From an uncultured Actinomycetota bacterium (lineage in GTDB: Bacteria; Actinomycetota; Actinomycetes; JAHEKZ01), in NCBI GenBank assembly GCA_963718235.1, contig CAVQYR010000001.1, forward strand, positions 2,080,001 through 2,144,000: a stretch of DNA of 64,000 nt. The letters run 5' to 3'. Positions within the stretch are counted from its first letter, which is position 1. Every line of letters begins with the position of its first letter. Of this stretch, positions 9,991 to 18,892 are shown piece after piece. A model generated the notes under the pieces. The model ran no database searches, was not told the DNA's origin, and worked only from the letters and a program-made list of their open reading frames with translations. The translations under genes and the position numbers were made by a program.

Positions 9991-10876
9991 GCATCCGCTC
10001 AGCGTTGCCCATCGACGTCACCGGGTCGATGTCGTCGGCCACGGTGTTCGGGTCCCAGTTCAGGTCGAGGAAGACCTCGGTGACCCCGTGTCGCTCGAGA
10101 TCGGCGAGATCTGCCCGGATCTGGTCGGGCGTTCCCTGCAGGGGCTGACGCTCCTCAAGCACCTCGTCGGTCAGCCCGACGACCCCGCGCACCACGAAGC
10201 GCAGCCGCTCCGGGTCGCGACCCGCCTCCACCGCCGCGGACCGCACGACGTCGATCGACGAGCCGATCGTCGTCAGGTCGGTGCGGCTGCTGCTGATCCA
10301 GCCGTCGGCGACCCGGCCGATCCGGCGCAGAGCCACCTCGGCGCCCCCTCCCATGAGGATCGGAGGATGCGGCTGCTGAACCGGCTTGGGCTCCACCCGG
10401 CATCGCGGCAGCTCGTAGAACTCCCCGTGGAACTCCGGCTCCGCCTCGGTCCACGTGGCCTTGAGATAGGCGATGAACTCCTCACCCCGCCTTCCGCGCC
10501 CCGCGGACTCCGCGCCGACGGCTGCGAACTCCTGGCTGGCCCAGCCGAGCCCGAGCCCCACGTCGAGGCGACCGTTCGACAGCAGGTCCAGGGTCGTCAG
10601 TGCCTTCGACAGCACGAGCGGTGGGTAGAAGGGCATGTTCACCACGGCGATTCCCAGCCGGATGCGCGACGTGCTCGCGGCCGCGAAGGCCAGTGCCGTG
10701 ACCGGGTCCAGGACTGAGTGGTACGCGAAGCCCCACTCCTCGTCCACGGGGTGCAGCAGTCGCTGGAACCCCCACGCCGAGGCGAAGCCGAGCTCCTCGG
10801 CGCGAACGGCGACGTCGCGCAGGTTGTCCGCCGTGGCCCACGGGCCCGAGACGGGCAGTCCGACACCGAGCAGCAC
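9968..10876 (-). CDS. LLM-class (probably F420-dependent) oxidoreductase
   Basis: AEELGF, LDPVTALAFAA, TLDLLSNGRLDVGLGLGW, PKPVQQPHPPILMGG. Confidence 0.88.
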   Translation of the reverse strand: MLLGVGLPVSGPWATADNLRDVAVRAEELGFASAWGFQRLLHPVDEEWGFAYHSVLDPVTALAFAAASTSRIRLGIAVVNMPFYPPLVLSKALTTLDLLSNGRLDVGLGLGWASQEFAAVGAESAGRGRRGEEFIAYLKATWTEAEPEFHGEFYELPRCRVEPKPVQQPHPPILMGGGAEVALRRIGRVADGWISSSRTDLTTIGSSIDVVRSAAVEAGRDPERLRFVVRGVVGLTDEVLEERQPLQGTPDQIRADLADLERHGVTEVFLDLNWDPNTVADDIDPVTSMGNAERMLSALAPH

Positions 10877-10884
10877 TGGGTGTC

Positions 10885-11394
10885 CTACTCGTCGAGCTGG
10901 CGGCCGGCGAAGAACATCAGGGGGTCGCTGAGCAGCTCGATCTGGATCCCGTCGGGGTCCTTGAAGTACATCGACTCCGGGATGCCCAGGTCGGGGCCGG
11001 CGTAGGGCACGCCCGCCGCCTCCAGCCGGGCCTGCATCTCCTCCCAGCGGTCCCGCGAGGCCGAGATGGCGATGTGCTGGACCGAGCCGATGGACTCGAC
11101 CGCCGGACCGAGGCCCAAGCCGGGGAAGTCGAAGAAGCCGAGGAGGGTCTTGTTCCCAAGGTCGAAGAAGAAGTGCGACGAACCCGGGTAGTCACGGTTC
11201 TCGGTCAGCTCGACCAGTGGGAACCCGAGCAGGCCTTGGTAGAACTGGATCGTCTGTTCGACGTCGGAGCAGATGAGGGCCGCGTGGTGGATGCCGCGCC
11301 CGGGCGACGTGCGCTCAGCCGGCGGCATCACGTACTTCTCGCGCAGCTCCTTGCGCCGCGCCTCGAGCTCGACCAGCTCGGCATCACTGGGCAT
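10885..11394 (-). CDS. VOC/glyoxalase family protein
   Basis: GIHHAAL, HFFFD, QHIAI, SMYFKDPDGIQIEL. Confidence 0.88.
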   Translation of the reverse strand: MPSDAELVELEARRKELREKYVMPPAERTSPGRGIHHAALICSDVEQTIQFYQGLLGFPLVELTENRDYPGSSHFFFDLGNKTLLGFFDFPGLGLGPAVESIGSVQHIAISASRDRWEEMQARLEAAGVPYAGPDLGIPESMYFKDPDGIQIELLSDPLMFFAGRQLDE

Positions 11395-11483
11395 GTCTCA
11401 CCTCACCTAGGCAGCATCCGGGGTGACCTTGCACGACCGCCCGGAACCGTGAGGCACCTCGGAAGACGAGTCGTCAGATCACC

Positions 11484-11981
11484 CTAGCGGCGATCGGCGA
11501 CCGCCGCGATGTCACCTTCGTAGGCACTCCGCATGGCAGCGATGTCGAACTTGCCCATGGCGAGCATGGCCTGGACGGCCCGTCCGCGGCCCTCCTCGTC
11601 CGCGCCACCGATCCAGTCCGACAGCTGGGTGGGGACGACTTGCCACGTGACCCCGAAGCGGTCGGTGACCCATCCGCACTGCATCGGCGTGCCGCCGGCT
11701 TCGAACGCCGACCAGAACCGGTCGATCTCGTCCTGTGTCCGGCACGAGACCACGAACGAGACGGCAGGCGTGAGCGCGTAGTGCGGCCCACCGTTGAGGG
11801 CGACGAACGGCTGTCCGCGCAGCTCGAAGTCCACCGTCATCACCGCGCCTTCCTCTCCCGGAGCGTGGGGGGCGTAGCGCGACACCGACCGGACCTGCGC
11901 GTCCTCGAACAGGTCGACGTAGAAGCTGACGGCCTGCTCCGCCCCGGACTCGAACCAGATGAAGGGGGTGACGGAACCCAT
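11484..11981 (-). CDS. VOC family, PhnB/3-demethylubiquinone-methyltransferase-like
   Basis: TPFIWF, ALNGGP, QDEIDRFW, CGWVTDRFGVTWQVVP; ATG 11981. Confidence 0.88.
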   Translation of the reverse strand: MGSVTPFIWFESGAEQAVSFYVDLFEDAQVRSVSRYAPHAPGEEGAVMTVDFELRGQPFVALNGGPHYALTPAVSFVVSCRTQDEIDRFWSAFEAGGTPMQCGWVTDRFGVTWQVVPTQLSDWIGGADEEGRGRAVQAMLAMGKFDIAAMRSAYEGDIAAVADRR

Positions 11982-12154
11982 CGCTCGCTCCTCGGCTCGG
12001 TGGTGTCCGGACAGGATGGCACCTTCGGGAACCCGATGACCATGGCGGTGTCCGCTTCGACGGGCTGAGGTCCGCCTGGGCCTCTGAGGTGGTCGGCAAC
12101 TATCCTGGGACCAGGCCGAGTAACACCCCGGCAGCAACAGGAGGAGCGACAACG

Positions 12155-12787
12155 ATGGGTATTCGACTGGGCGATCTAGCCCCGGACTTCAACGCCGAGA
12201 CCACCGAGGGAACGATCGACTTCCACGACTGGAAGGCCGGCAGCTGGGCGGTCCTGTTCAGCCACCCCGCCGACTTCACCCCTGTGTGCACCACTGAGCT
12301 GGGACGCACCTCCGGGCTGAAGGACGAGTTCGACAAGCGCGGCGTCAAGGCGATCGCCGTCTCGGTCGACTCCCTCGCCGACCACCGTGGGTGGGCACCG
12401 GACATCCAGACAGTGAGTGGCAACACGCTGAACTTCCCGATCATCGCCGACCCCGACCGTAAGGTCTCCGAGCTCTACGACATGATCCACCCGGGCGAGG
12501 GTGATACGTCGACCGTGCGGTCGGTGTTCATCATCGACCCGAACGACAAGGTGCGGCTCACCCTCACCTACCCGAAGTCGGTCGGTCGCAACTTCGACGA
12601 GATCCTGCGCGTCATCGACGCTCTGCAGCTCACCGACGCCCAGCCGGTGTCGACGCCGGCAGACTGGGAGCCCGGGCAGCGCGTGATCGTCGCCACCGCC
12701 ATGTCGACCGAGGACGCGAAGGCTCGGTTCGGTGAGATCGAGCAGGTCACTCCGTACCTGCGTTGGACGCCCCAGCCCCAGGGCTGA
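12155..12787 (+). CDS. 1-Cys peroxiredoxin
   Basis: FSHPADFTPVCTTELG, GRNFDEILRVIDALQ, TPADW; AGGAGG RBS. Confidence 0.93.
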   Translation: MGIRLGDLAPDFNAETTEGTIDFHDWKAGSWAVLFSHPADFTPVCTTELGRTSGLKDEFDKRGVKAIAVSVDSLADHRGWAPDIQTVSGNTLNFPIIADPDRKVSELYDMIHPGEGDTSTVRSVFIIDPNDKVRLTLTYPKSVGRNFDEILRVIDALQLTDAQPVSTPADWEPGQRVIVATAMSTEDAKARFGEIEQVTPYLRWTPQPQG

Positions 12788-12792
12788 CCGGG

Positions 12793-12823
12793 CGGTCGCC
12801 CCGCTCGATGAGTGGGGCGACCG
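12793..12823 (+). terminator. GC-rich stem-loop after the peroxiredoxin gene
   Basis: CGGTCGCCCCGCTC-GAT-GAGTGGGGCGACCG, 14-bp stem with one G.U. Confidence 0.55.
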
Positions 12824-12836
12824 ACCAGGATCGAGG

Positions 12837-13967
12837 ATGTCGATGGCGCGACCGACAGGTGTCACGTTGGACAACTGGCAGGAGGGGCCGGGTAATCGGT
12901 GGGCCTTCCAGCACGTGGACGAGCTCGTTGCCACGGCGGCGGTCTCCCGAGGTGCGGGGCCGGTGCTCGAGCTCTCCGACGGTGGGCCGCTGGTCGTGCC
13001 CGGGCTCGACGACTTCCTCGAGCGGTCTTTCACCGACGGCTTGATCGTGATGAGGGGTCATGAGGTCGTGCTGGAGCGCTACCTCAACGGGTTGACCCCC
13101 TCCACGCGCCACCTTCTGCAGTCGGTGTCCAAGTCGATGTGCAGCGCCGTCGTCGGGCAGTACGTCGCAACCGGCGCACTCGACGTGGACCAGACGGTCG
13201 GCCACTACCTTCCCGAGCTCAGCGGGTCCGCCTACGGCGACGCCACAGTGCAGCAGACACTCGACATGACCGTCGCGGTCCAGTACGACGAGACCTACGA
13301 GGACCCTCGGTCGGAGGTCCAGGCGCACGAACGGGCTGGTGGGTGGCGAACCCCGCTCGACCGAGATCCCGACGACACCTACACGTTCCTGGCCGGGCTT
13401 CGCCAGTCCGGTGATCACGGAAGGGTCTTTCAGTACTGCTCAGCCAACACCGATGTCCTGGCCTGGCTCGTCGAGCGGGTGGCACAGCGCCCCTTCGTCG
13501 ACGTCTGGAGCTCAGACCTCTGGTCGCGGATCGGTGCCGAGCACGATGCCTACGTCACGGTCGACGCGACCGGCTTCCCCATGGCGAACGGCGGAATGTG
13601 CGTCACGCTGCGCGACCTGGCCCGGTTCGGCCGGGTCGTTCTGAGCGGTGGGATCGGCCCGGGCGACACACCAGTGATCCCTTCGGAGTGGGTCGCCGAC
13701 ATCCGCAGGGGAGGCGACCCGGCCGCCGCCGTCGACAGCATGAAGGACGCGCACCCGCACGGCAGCTACCGCGACCAGTTCTGGATCACCGGCGACGAGC
13801 ACGGGTGCTTCTACGGGGTCGGCATCTTCGGTCAGTACGTCTGGATGAACCCGGACACCGACGTGGTTGTCGCCAAGCTCTCCTCGCTCCCGGACGCCGA
13901 CGACACCGCGAACTGGGTCGAGCACGTCGCGTTCTTCGACCGCGTGTCCGCGGGGCTGACCGCGTAG
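12837..13967 (+). CDS. serine hydrolase, beta-lactamase/NylB (6-aminohexanoate-dimer hydrolase)-like
   Basis: SVSKS (SxxK), FQYCSANT, GIFGQ. Confidence 0.85.
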   Translation: MSMARPTGVTLDNWQEGPGNRWAFQHVDELVATAAVSRGAGPVLELSDGGPLVVPGLDDFLERSFTDGLIVMRGHEVVLERYLNGLTPSTRHLLQSVSKSMCSAVVGQYVATGALDVDQTVGHYLPELSGSAYGDATVQQTLDMTVAVQYDETYEDPRSEVQAHERAGGWRTPLDRDPDDTYTFLAGLRQSGDHGRVFQYCSANTDVLAWLVERVAQRPFVDVWSSDLWSRIGAEHDAYVTVDATGFPMANGGMCVTLRDLARFGRVVLSGGIGPGDTPVIPSEWVADIRRGGDPAAAVDSMKDAHPHGSYRDQFWITGDEHGCFYGVGIFGQYVWMNPDTDVVVAKLSSLPDADDTANWVEHVAFFDRVSAGLTA

Positions 13968-14057
13968 AGCTGCCGGGTCACCAGCCGACTTCCGAGATCT
14001 CAATGGACTCGACCTCGTCGTCGTGCATCATTCCGATGGTCCCCACCGGTACATCGT

Positions 14058-14786
14058 CTACGTCGACTCCTTCGAGGCCAGTCGCTGCGACGCGTACAGC
14101 CCGACGAGCATCGCCACGAAGGTGACGAGATACACCTGCCCGACGATCGCCTCGCTGCTCGACAGCAGGCGGCCCCACGAGCTGGCCGGCGTCAGGTCGC
14201 CGTAACCCACCGTCGAGACGGAGGACAGGCTGAAGTACATGTAGGACGTCGTCGGCTCGGGCTGACCAAAGAACGGCTGTCCCTGGATCGCCTCGAGAGC
14301 GAGGAACGCGTAGTAGAAGGCCACCGGGATCAGCAGGTAGGCCGAGACGGCACCGAGGAGCGTCGCCTGCGTCACGGACCGGTGCTGGAGGACGCGCCGG
14401 ATGACCACCAACGGGGCGCCGATCGACAGCACCACCATGAGGATGGACGCGCTCGGTGAGTCGTTGTTGCCAAGGTTGAGGTCGAACGCGAGCTGGAGGA
14501 CGACGAGAACCGCTGAGATCGCGAGGCTGACGCCCACGAACACGTCGGCGACCCGCCGCCAGGATCTGGCCAGGCCAGCCGCCCGAAGAGCCAGCAGGAG
14601 CGCTGCGCCGACCATCAGCACCGTCATCAGCCAGAAGAGCTCGGCGCCACGATCACCCCAGGGCTCTCGCAGGTCGACCACCGAGAGGAAGACGATGGCC
14701 ACGACGACCACGGCGAGCAAGAGCCCGAACCGGTCCAGGTAGCGGCTGTCGTCGGCGAAGACGCTTCGCCGACGCTGCGATGACAT
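14058..14786 (-). CDS. potassium channel family protein
   Basis: YFSLSSVSTVGYGD selectivity filter, several TM helices. Confidence 0.88.
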   Translation of the reverse strand: MSSQRRRSVFADDSRYLDRFGLLLAVVVVAIVFLSVVDLREPWGDRGAELFWLMTVLMVGAALLLALRAAGLARSWRRVADVFVGVSLAISAVLVVLQLAFDLNLGNNDSPSASILMVVLSIGAPLVVIRRVLQHRSVTQATLLGAVSAYLLIPVAFYYAFLALEAIQGQPFFGQPEPTTSYMYFSLSSVSTVGYGDLTPASSWGRLLSSSEAIVGQVYLVTFVAMLVGLYASQRLASKEST

Positions 14787-14873
14787 GACCCTCCCCGGTG
14801 CTCAGGCACCTAGTGGATCATGCATGCACCTACAGTTCCGTGCGACACGGCGGAGAGACGTCAGTCCCAGACG

Positions 14874-15326
14874 TCAGCCGGCGGTCAGGGTCGAGGTCGC
14901 GTAGGTCTCGTTCATGGTCTTGATGTTGCGGGCGTAGGAGTTGAACACGTAGCTGCCTGCTGCCTGCGGCGTGACCGTGAACTTCAGCGTCGCGGTCTTG
15001 CCCGCACCCAGGCTGTTCACCAGGCAGTAAAGCAGGCCCCCGGTCGCGGCACGGCATGAGGCATTGCGCGGAGCCACCACGTTGGACCAGCCGAGCGGGG
15101 AGACGACGCCGAGCGCGACCTGCCCGAGACCCCGCGACCCGTTGTTGGTCGCGGTGACGGAGATGACCGAGGAGGAGCCGACGGCAACCGCCGACGGTGT
15201 GGCAAAGACACCGGCCGCAGGCGTGTTGGTCGCCGCCTGGGCGGCCGAGGTGGCAGCTCCGGCCACGAGGGTGCCGACCAGGGCGGTCGTGGTGGCGGCG
15301 GTCAGGAAGGCAGAGCGACGAAGCAT
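14874..15326 (-). CDS. secreted single Ig-like (DUF11-like) domain protein
   Basis: RR-containing signal peptide; VTATNNG...C...C..LGAGKTATLKFTV; AGGAG RBS. Confidence 0.7.
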   Translation of the reverse strand: MLRRSAFLTAATTTALVGTLVAGAATSAAQAATNTPAAGVFATPSAVAVGSSSVISVTATNNGSRGLGQVALGVVSPLGWSNVVAPRNASCRAATGGLLYCLVNSLGAGKTATLKFTVTPQAAGSYVFNSYARNIKTMNETYATSTLTAG

Positions 15327-15439
15327 GACTACTCCTGGGAGACGTTGCGTGCGTCGGACGATGTGACGTCGTCAGCCAACTGCGGGGTCGGTTAAGGCCG
15401 GGTGAAGCACTGGGCAACGAGCGGCTGTCGACCGCCGGC

Positions 15440-16906
15440 TCAGTACCGCGTCGTTACCGGGACACTCGGACGAGTGGCCCAGGGTGCCGCTTCCTCTAGC
15501 TCGTACGCGAGGGTCAGCAGACGCGCTTCACATCCGTAGGGCGCGGACAGCTGGACTCCGATCGGTAACCCCGTGCTGCTGAGCCCGAGCGGCAGCGAGA
15601 GCGCCGGGGAGCCGGACACGTTCTGCACCGGGGTGAAGGACGTGTAGCGCAGCAGCCGGACGAGGTGCGTCCTGAAGTCGACGTCCGGGCCGAGGTGACC
15701 GATCGGCGGCGGCTCGTGCCCCAGCACCGGGCTCAGAACCACATCGAAGCGCTCGAAGACCGACTCGTGCTCCCGGGCGAGGCGACGAAGCCGTCGGAGC
15801 GAGCCAGGGAAGCGTTCCGGTGACTGGACGAAGAGCCCCGCCAACCCCCGGGTGACCTGCTCGGCCCGCCGGGCGTCGAACTCCCGGCCGTACCAGCGCT
15901 TGCCGGCGCGGGTCAGCAGGAACGCGACGAAGGACCAGTAGCGCAGGAAGTCGGGTCCGAACTCCTCGCCAACCACGGGTCCGGTCTCCTCGACCTCGTG
16001 ACCAAGCTCTTGGCACAGGCGTCCGGCCTCCCGTACGGCTTCGCGGACCTCGTGGGCCACGGGAAGCCCTCGGATCGACGACTCGACGACTCCGATCCGC
16101 AGCCGCGGTCCCCCACCCTGCTGGATGTGGCCGATCGGCGGAAGCACAGCGTTGCGGTAGGCCCGCTCCGCCTCCGCGAAGTAGCGCGCGGTGTCACGCA
16201 CCGAGCGGGTCAGCACGCCTTGCGTCGACAGGTTGACGGGGGAGCGCCCCAGCTCGGGGAGGTCGATCAGCCGGCCACGACTGGGCTTGAGGCCGACGAG
16301 TCCGCAACAGGATGCAGGAATACGGATCGAGCCCCCGCCGTCGTTGGCGTGCGCGATGGGCACCACGCCAGCGGCCACGAGCGCAGCCGACCCCCCACTG
16401 GATCCCCCTGCCGAACGCCCGGTGTGCCACGGGTTACGAGTCGCGCCGAACCGTCGGGTCTCCGTCGACGCCGTCAGTCCGAACTCCGAAAGGGTCGTCT
16501 TGCCCACCGGCGCTACGCCGAGTGCGACGTACTGCGCGACCCACGGCGAGCACGCGGCAGCAGGTCGGTGTGGCACGGCCCAGGACGCCTCGGTCGTGGG
16601 GAAGCCGGTGAGGTCCTCGTTGTCCTTCACGAAGGTGGGGATGCCGGCAAGCGGAGCATCGGACGCGACGCTCACCTCGGTGACCACCGGCTCATCGGCC
16701 CATGCGGTGACGGCGTTCAAGAAGACGTTCGCCACTCTGGCTCGCCCGAGCGCAGCCTCGCGCAGCTCGTCGGGTGAGACCTCGCCCCTGGCGAGCCGTT
16801 CGAGCAGACCGGTCATGTCATCGGTCCCGAGCGCGTCGTCCGTGGTCACGTCGACGGGGCGCGGCCGGGCGGCTGGGGTGACTGAACGTGCCTGGGCGTC
16901 GTCCAT
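15440..16906 (-). CDS. amidase (amidase signature family)
   Basis: GIPTFVKD, GGSSGGSAALVAAG, NDGGGSIRIPASCCGLVGLKPSRGR; start approximate. Confidence 0.92.
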   Translation of the reverse strand: MDDAQARSVTPAARPRPVDVTTDDALGTDDMTGLLERLARGEVSPDELREAALGRARVANVFLNAVTAWADEPVVTEVSVASDAPLAGIPTFVKDNEDLTGFPTTEASWAVPHRPAAACSPWVAQYVALGVAPVGKTTLSEFGLTASTETRRFGATRNPWHTGRSAGGSSGGSAALVAAGVVPIAHANDGGGSIRIPASCCGLVGLKPSRGRLIDLPELGRSPVNLSTQGVLTRSVRDTARYFAEAERAYRNAVLPPIGHIQQGGGPRLRIGVVESSIRGLPVAHEVREAVREAGRLCQELGHEVEETGPVVGEEFGPDFLRYWSFVAFLLTRAGKRWYGREFDARRAEQVTRGLAGLFVQSPERFPGSLRRLRRLAREHESVFERFDVVLSPVLGHEPPPIGHLGPDVDFRTHLVRLLRYTSFTPVQNVSGSPALSLPLGLSSTGLPIGVQLSAPYGCEARLLTLAYELEEAAPWATRPSVPVTTRY

Positions 16907-16994
16907 GCCGCCATTGTCCGACATCAGCCGCGGCTGCCCGTTGGGACGGTCAGCCGGGGTTCCCGAACGTCGCGGCAGAGGGCATGCTGGGCCG

Positions 16995-17393
16995 GTGCTC
17001 ACTGCTGAAGATCTCGAGTCGATCCCTCTCCTGGCCCCGCTGTCGTCACAGATGCGAGCCGCGCTCGCGAGCCGCTTCGAGGTCGACCAGTACGGCCCCG
17101 GCCAGCCAATCGTGGAGCAGGGTGAGTCCGGGCACACCTTCTTCGTCCTGGCGGAGGGCCGGGCCGCAGTGACCCAGGACGACAGGCAGCTGGGGTACCT
17201 CGAGGCGGGCGACCACTTCGGCGAGATGGCCATCCTGGGTGGTGAGGGCCGGCGCAACGCGACGGTCACGGCCGTCACGCCGGTCGTGGTGTGGGCCCTG
17301 TTCGGCACATCCTTCCGCGCGATGCAGGAGAGCGAGCCGGAGGTCGCCGCCCAGCTGCGGAGCGCCATGGGGGAACGGGACCGCGACACCTGA
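16995..17393 (+). CDS. stand-alone cyclic nucleotide-binding domain protein
   Basis: IVEQGESG.FFV, GDHFGEMAIL, RNATV; GTG 16995. Confidence 0.85.
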   Translation: MLTAEDLESIPLLAPLSSQMRAALASRFEVDQYGPGQPIVEQGESGHTFFVLAEGRAAVTQDDRQLGYLEAGDHFGEMAILGGEGRRNATVTAVTPVVVWALFGTSFRAMQESEPEVAAQLRSAMGERDRDT

Positions 17394-17594
17394 CCCGGCG
17401 AAGGGACAGCCGTACGCCGTCTGATCCTGCACTCCTTGCGCACTCCCCCCCGTTGCGACCACCCTCACGGGAGCGCAGACGGCTCGAGTGCAGAGGGAGA
17501 CCTACGGCCCTGTCCAGAGCCCTTGGGTCCGAGTAGACAGAGACCTGAAGGTGAGAAAGAGCACCGCCCATCTCGAGCGTGAGGTGTGTGGGCA

Positions 17595-18761
17595 GTGAGC
17601 ACACCGAGATCGACAGCCCGACGGCATCCGCATGCCGCGTCTCCCCCGATGGACATCGAGCGAGACCACTACGTCGACGCCCTCCGTGCCACCAGTCTCT
17701 TCGTCGTCGTGCTGTGGCACTGGGTCTTCAGCATCGTCGCCTGGTCCCCCTCAGGGCCTCACATGAGCAACCCGATCGGTACCACGCACGGGCTGTGGTT
17801 CCTCACCTGGTTCCTCCAGGTCATGCCGGTGTTCTTCTTCGTCGGCGGCTTCGTCAACGGCCTCACCTGGAGCTCCGCCCGTGCTGCAGGGCTCGGTTAC
17901 GGCACCTTTCTGCGGCGCCGCCTTCGTCGTCTGCTCGGCCCCGCGGCCCTGGCCATGGGCGTCGGACTCATGCTGTACCTGGCGGTGCGGGCCGCGAACC
18001 CAGAAGCAGTGTGGGTCGGCACAGGCGTGATTGCCCTGCTGGGCCCGTTGTGGTTCCTCTGCGTCTACGTGGTTCTGGTCGCACTCACACCACTCACCTC
18101 ATGGCTGCACGAGCGCACCTCCCCCGCCGACCTCGTGGCGCTGGTGGGCCTGGTGGGTGCCGTCGACCTGTTGCGGTTCCGCTTCGACGTCGGGTGGGTC
18201 GCGTGGACGAACTTCGTACTCATCTGGGTCTTCGTGCACCAGCTGGGGTATGACTACCGGACGCTCATCCGCCTCAACGGCCGCAGCCAGGCCGCCCTGG
18301 CGCTCGGTGGATTCACGGCGCTGGCGCTGCTCACCAACTTCGGGGTCTACCCGAGATCCATGGTCGGGGTTCCTCAGGAGGCGATCTCGAACATGGGTCC
18401 TCCGACTGCCTGCATTGCGGCTCTCGCCCTGTTCCAGGTCGGTGTCGTGCTGCTTCTGAGGCCGCCCGGCACCAAGCTGCTGCAGCGGCCGGGGGTGCGA
18501 AGCGTTGTGGACTGGCTGACCGCCAACTCGATGACCATCTTCTTGTGGCACACCTGGGGCTTCGCCCTCGCCTGGGGGCTGTTGCGAGCTGCCCGGCTCG
18601 ACGTACCCGCAGCATCGACGCTGCTGTGGTGGCTCGAGCGGCCGTTGTTCCTCCTGCTCCCGGCTGTGTGCACGATTCCCTTCTGGTGGGTCTTCCGCCG
18701 CTTCGATCGCGGGCTCCCGAGCCTCGCGCACCTCCTTCATGCTCTGCGCGCGACCCGCTGA
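17595..18761 (+). CDS. acyltransferase family 3 membrane protein
   Basis: RDHYVDALRA, VVLWHW, TWFLQVMPVFFFVGG, LWFL; about 10 TM helices. Confidence 0.85.
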   Translation: MSTPRSTARRHPHAASPPMDIERDHYVDALRATSLFVVVLWHWVFSIVAWSPSGPHMSNPIGTTHGLWFLTWFLQVMPVFFFVGGFVNGLTWSSARAAGLGYGTFLRRRLRRLLGPAALAMGVGLMLYLAVRAANPEAVWVGTGVIALLGPLWFLCVYVVLVALTPLTSWLHERTSPADLVALVGLVGAVDLLRFRFDVGWVAWTNFVLIWVFVHQLGYDYRTLIRLNGRSQAALALGGFTALALLTNFGVYPRSMVGVPQEAISNMGPPTACIAALALFQVGVVLLLRPPGTKLLQRPGVRSVVDWLTANSMTIFLWHTWGFALAWGLLRAARLDVPAASTLLWWLERPLFLLLPAVCTIPFWWVFRRFDRGLPSLAHLLHALRATR

Positions 18762-18892
18762 TGCTGACGCAGCGGCGGGCGGCGCGCAGTCGGCACCCGG
18801 CCTACCGGTGGGCTTCCCGTCGCAGACCATGAGACGAACGGGCATGATGGGGCTCGAATCGGTCCGTCGTCTCGCTGCATGGGAGTTCCAGG

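Noticed and set aside
17385-17406. ACCTGACCCGGCGAAGGGA resembling the 3' end of a TPP riboswitch
   Set aside because: It overlaps a CDS stop, lacks the preceding GCUGAGA element and has no thiamine gene downstream
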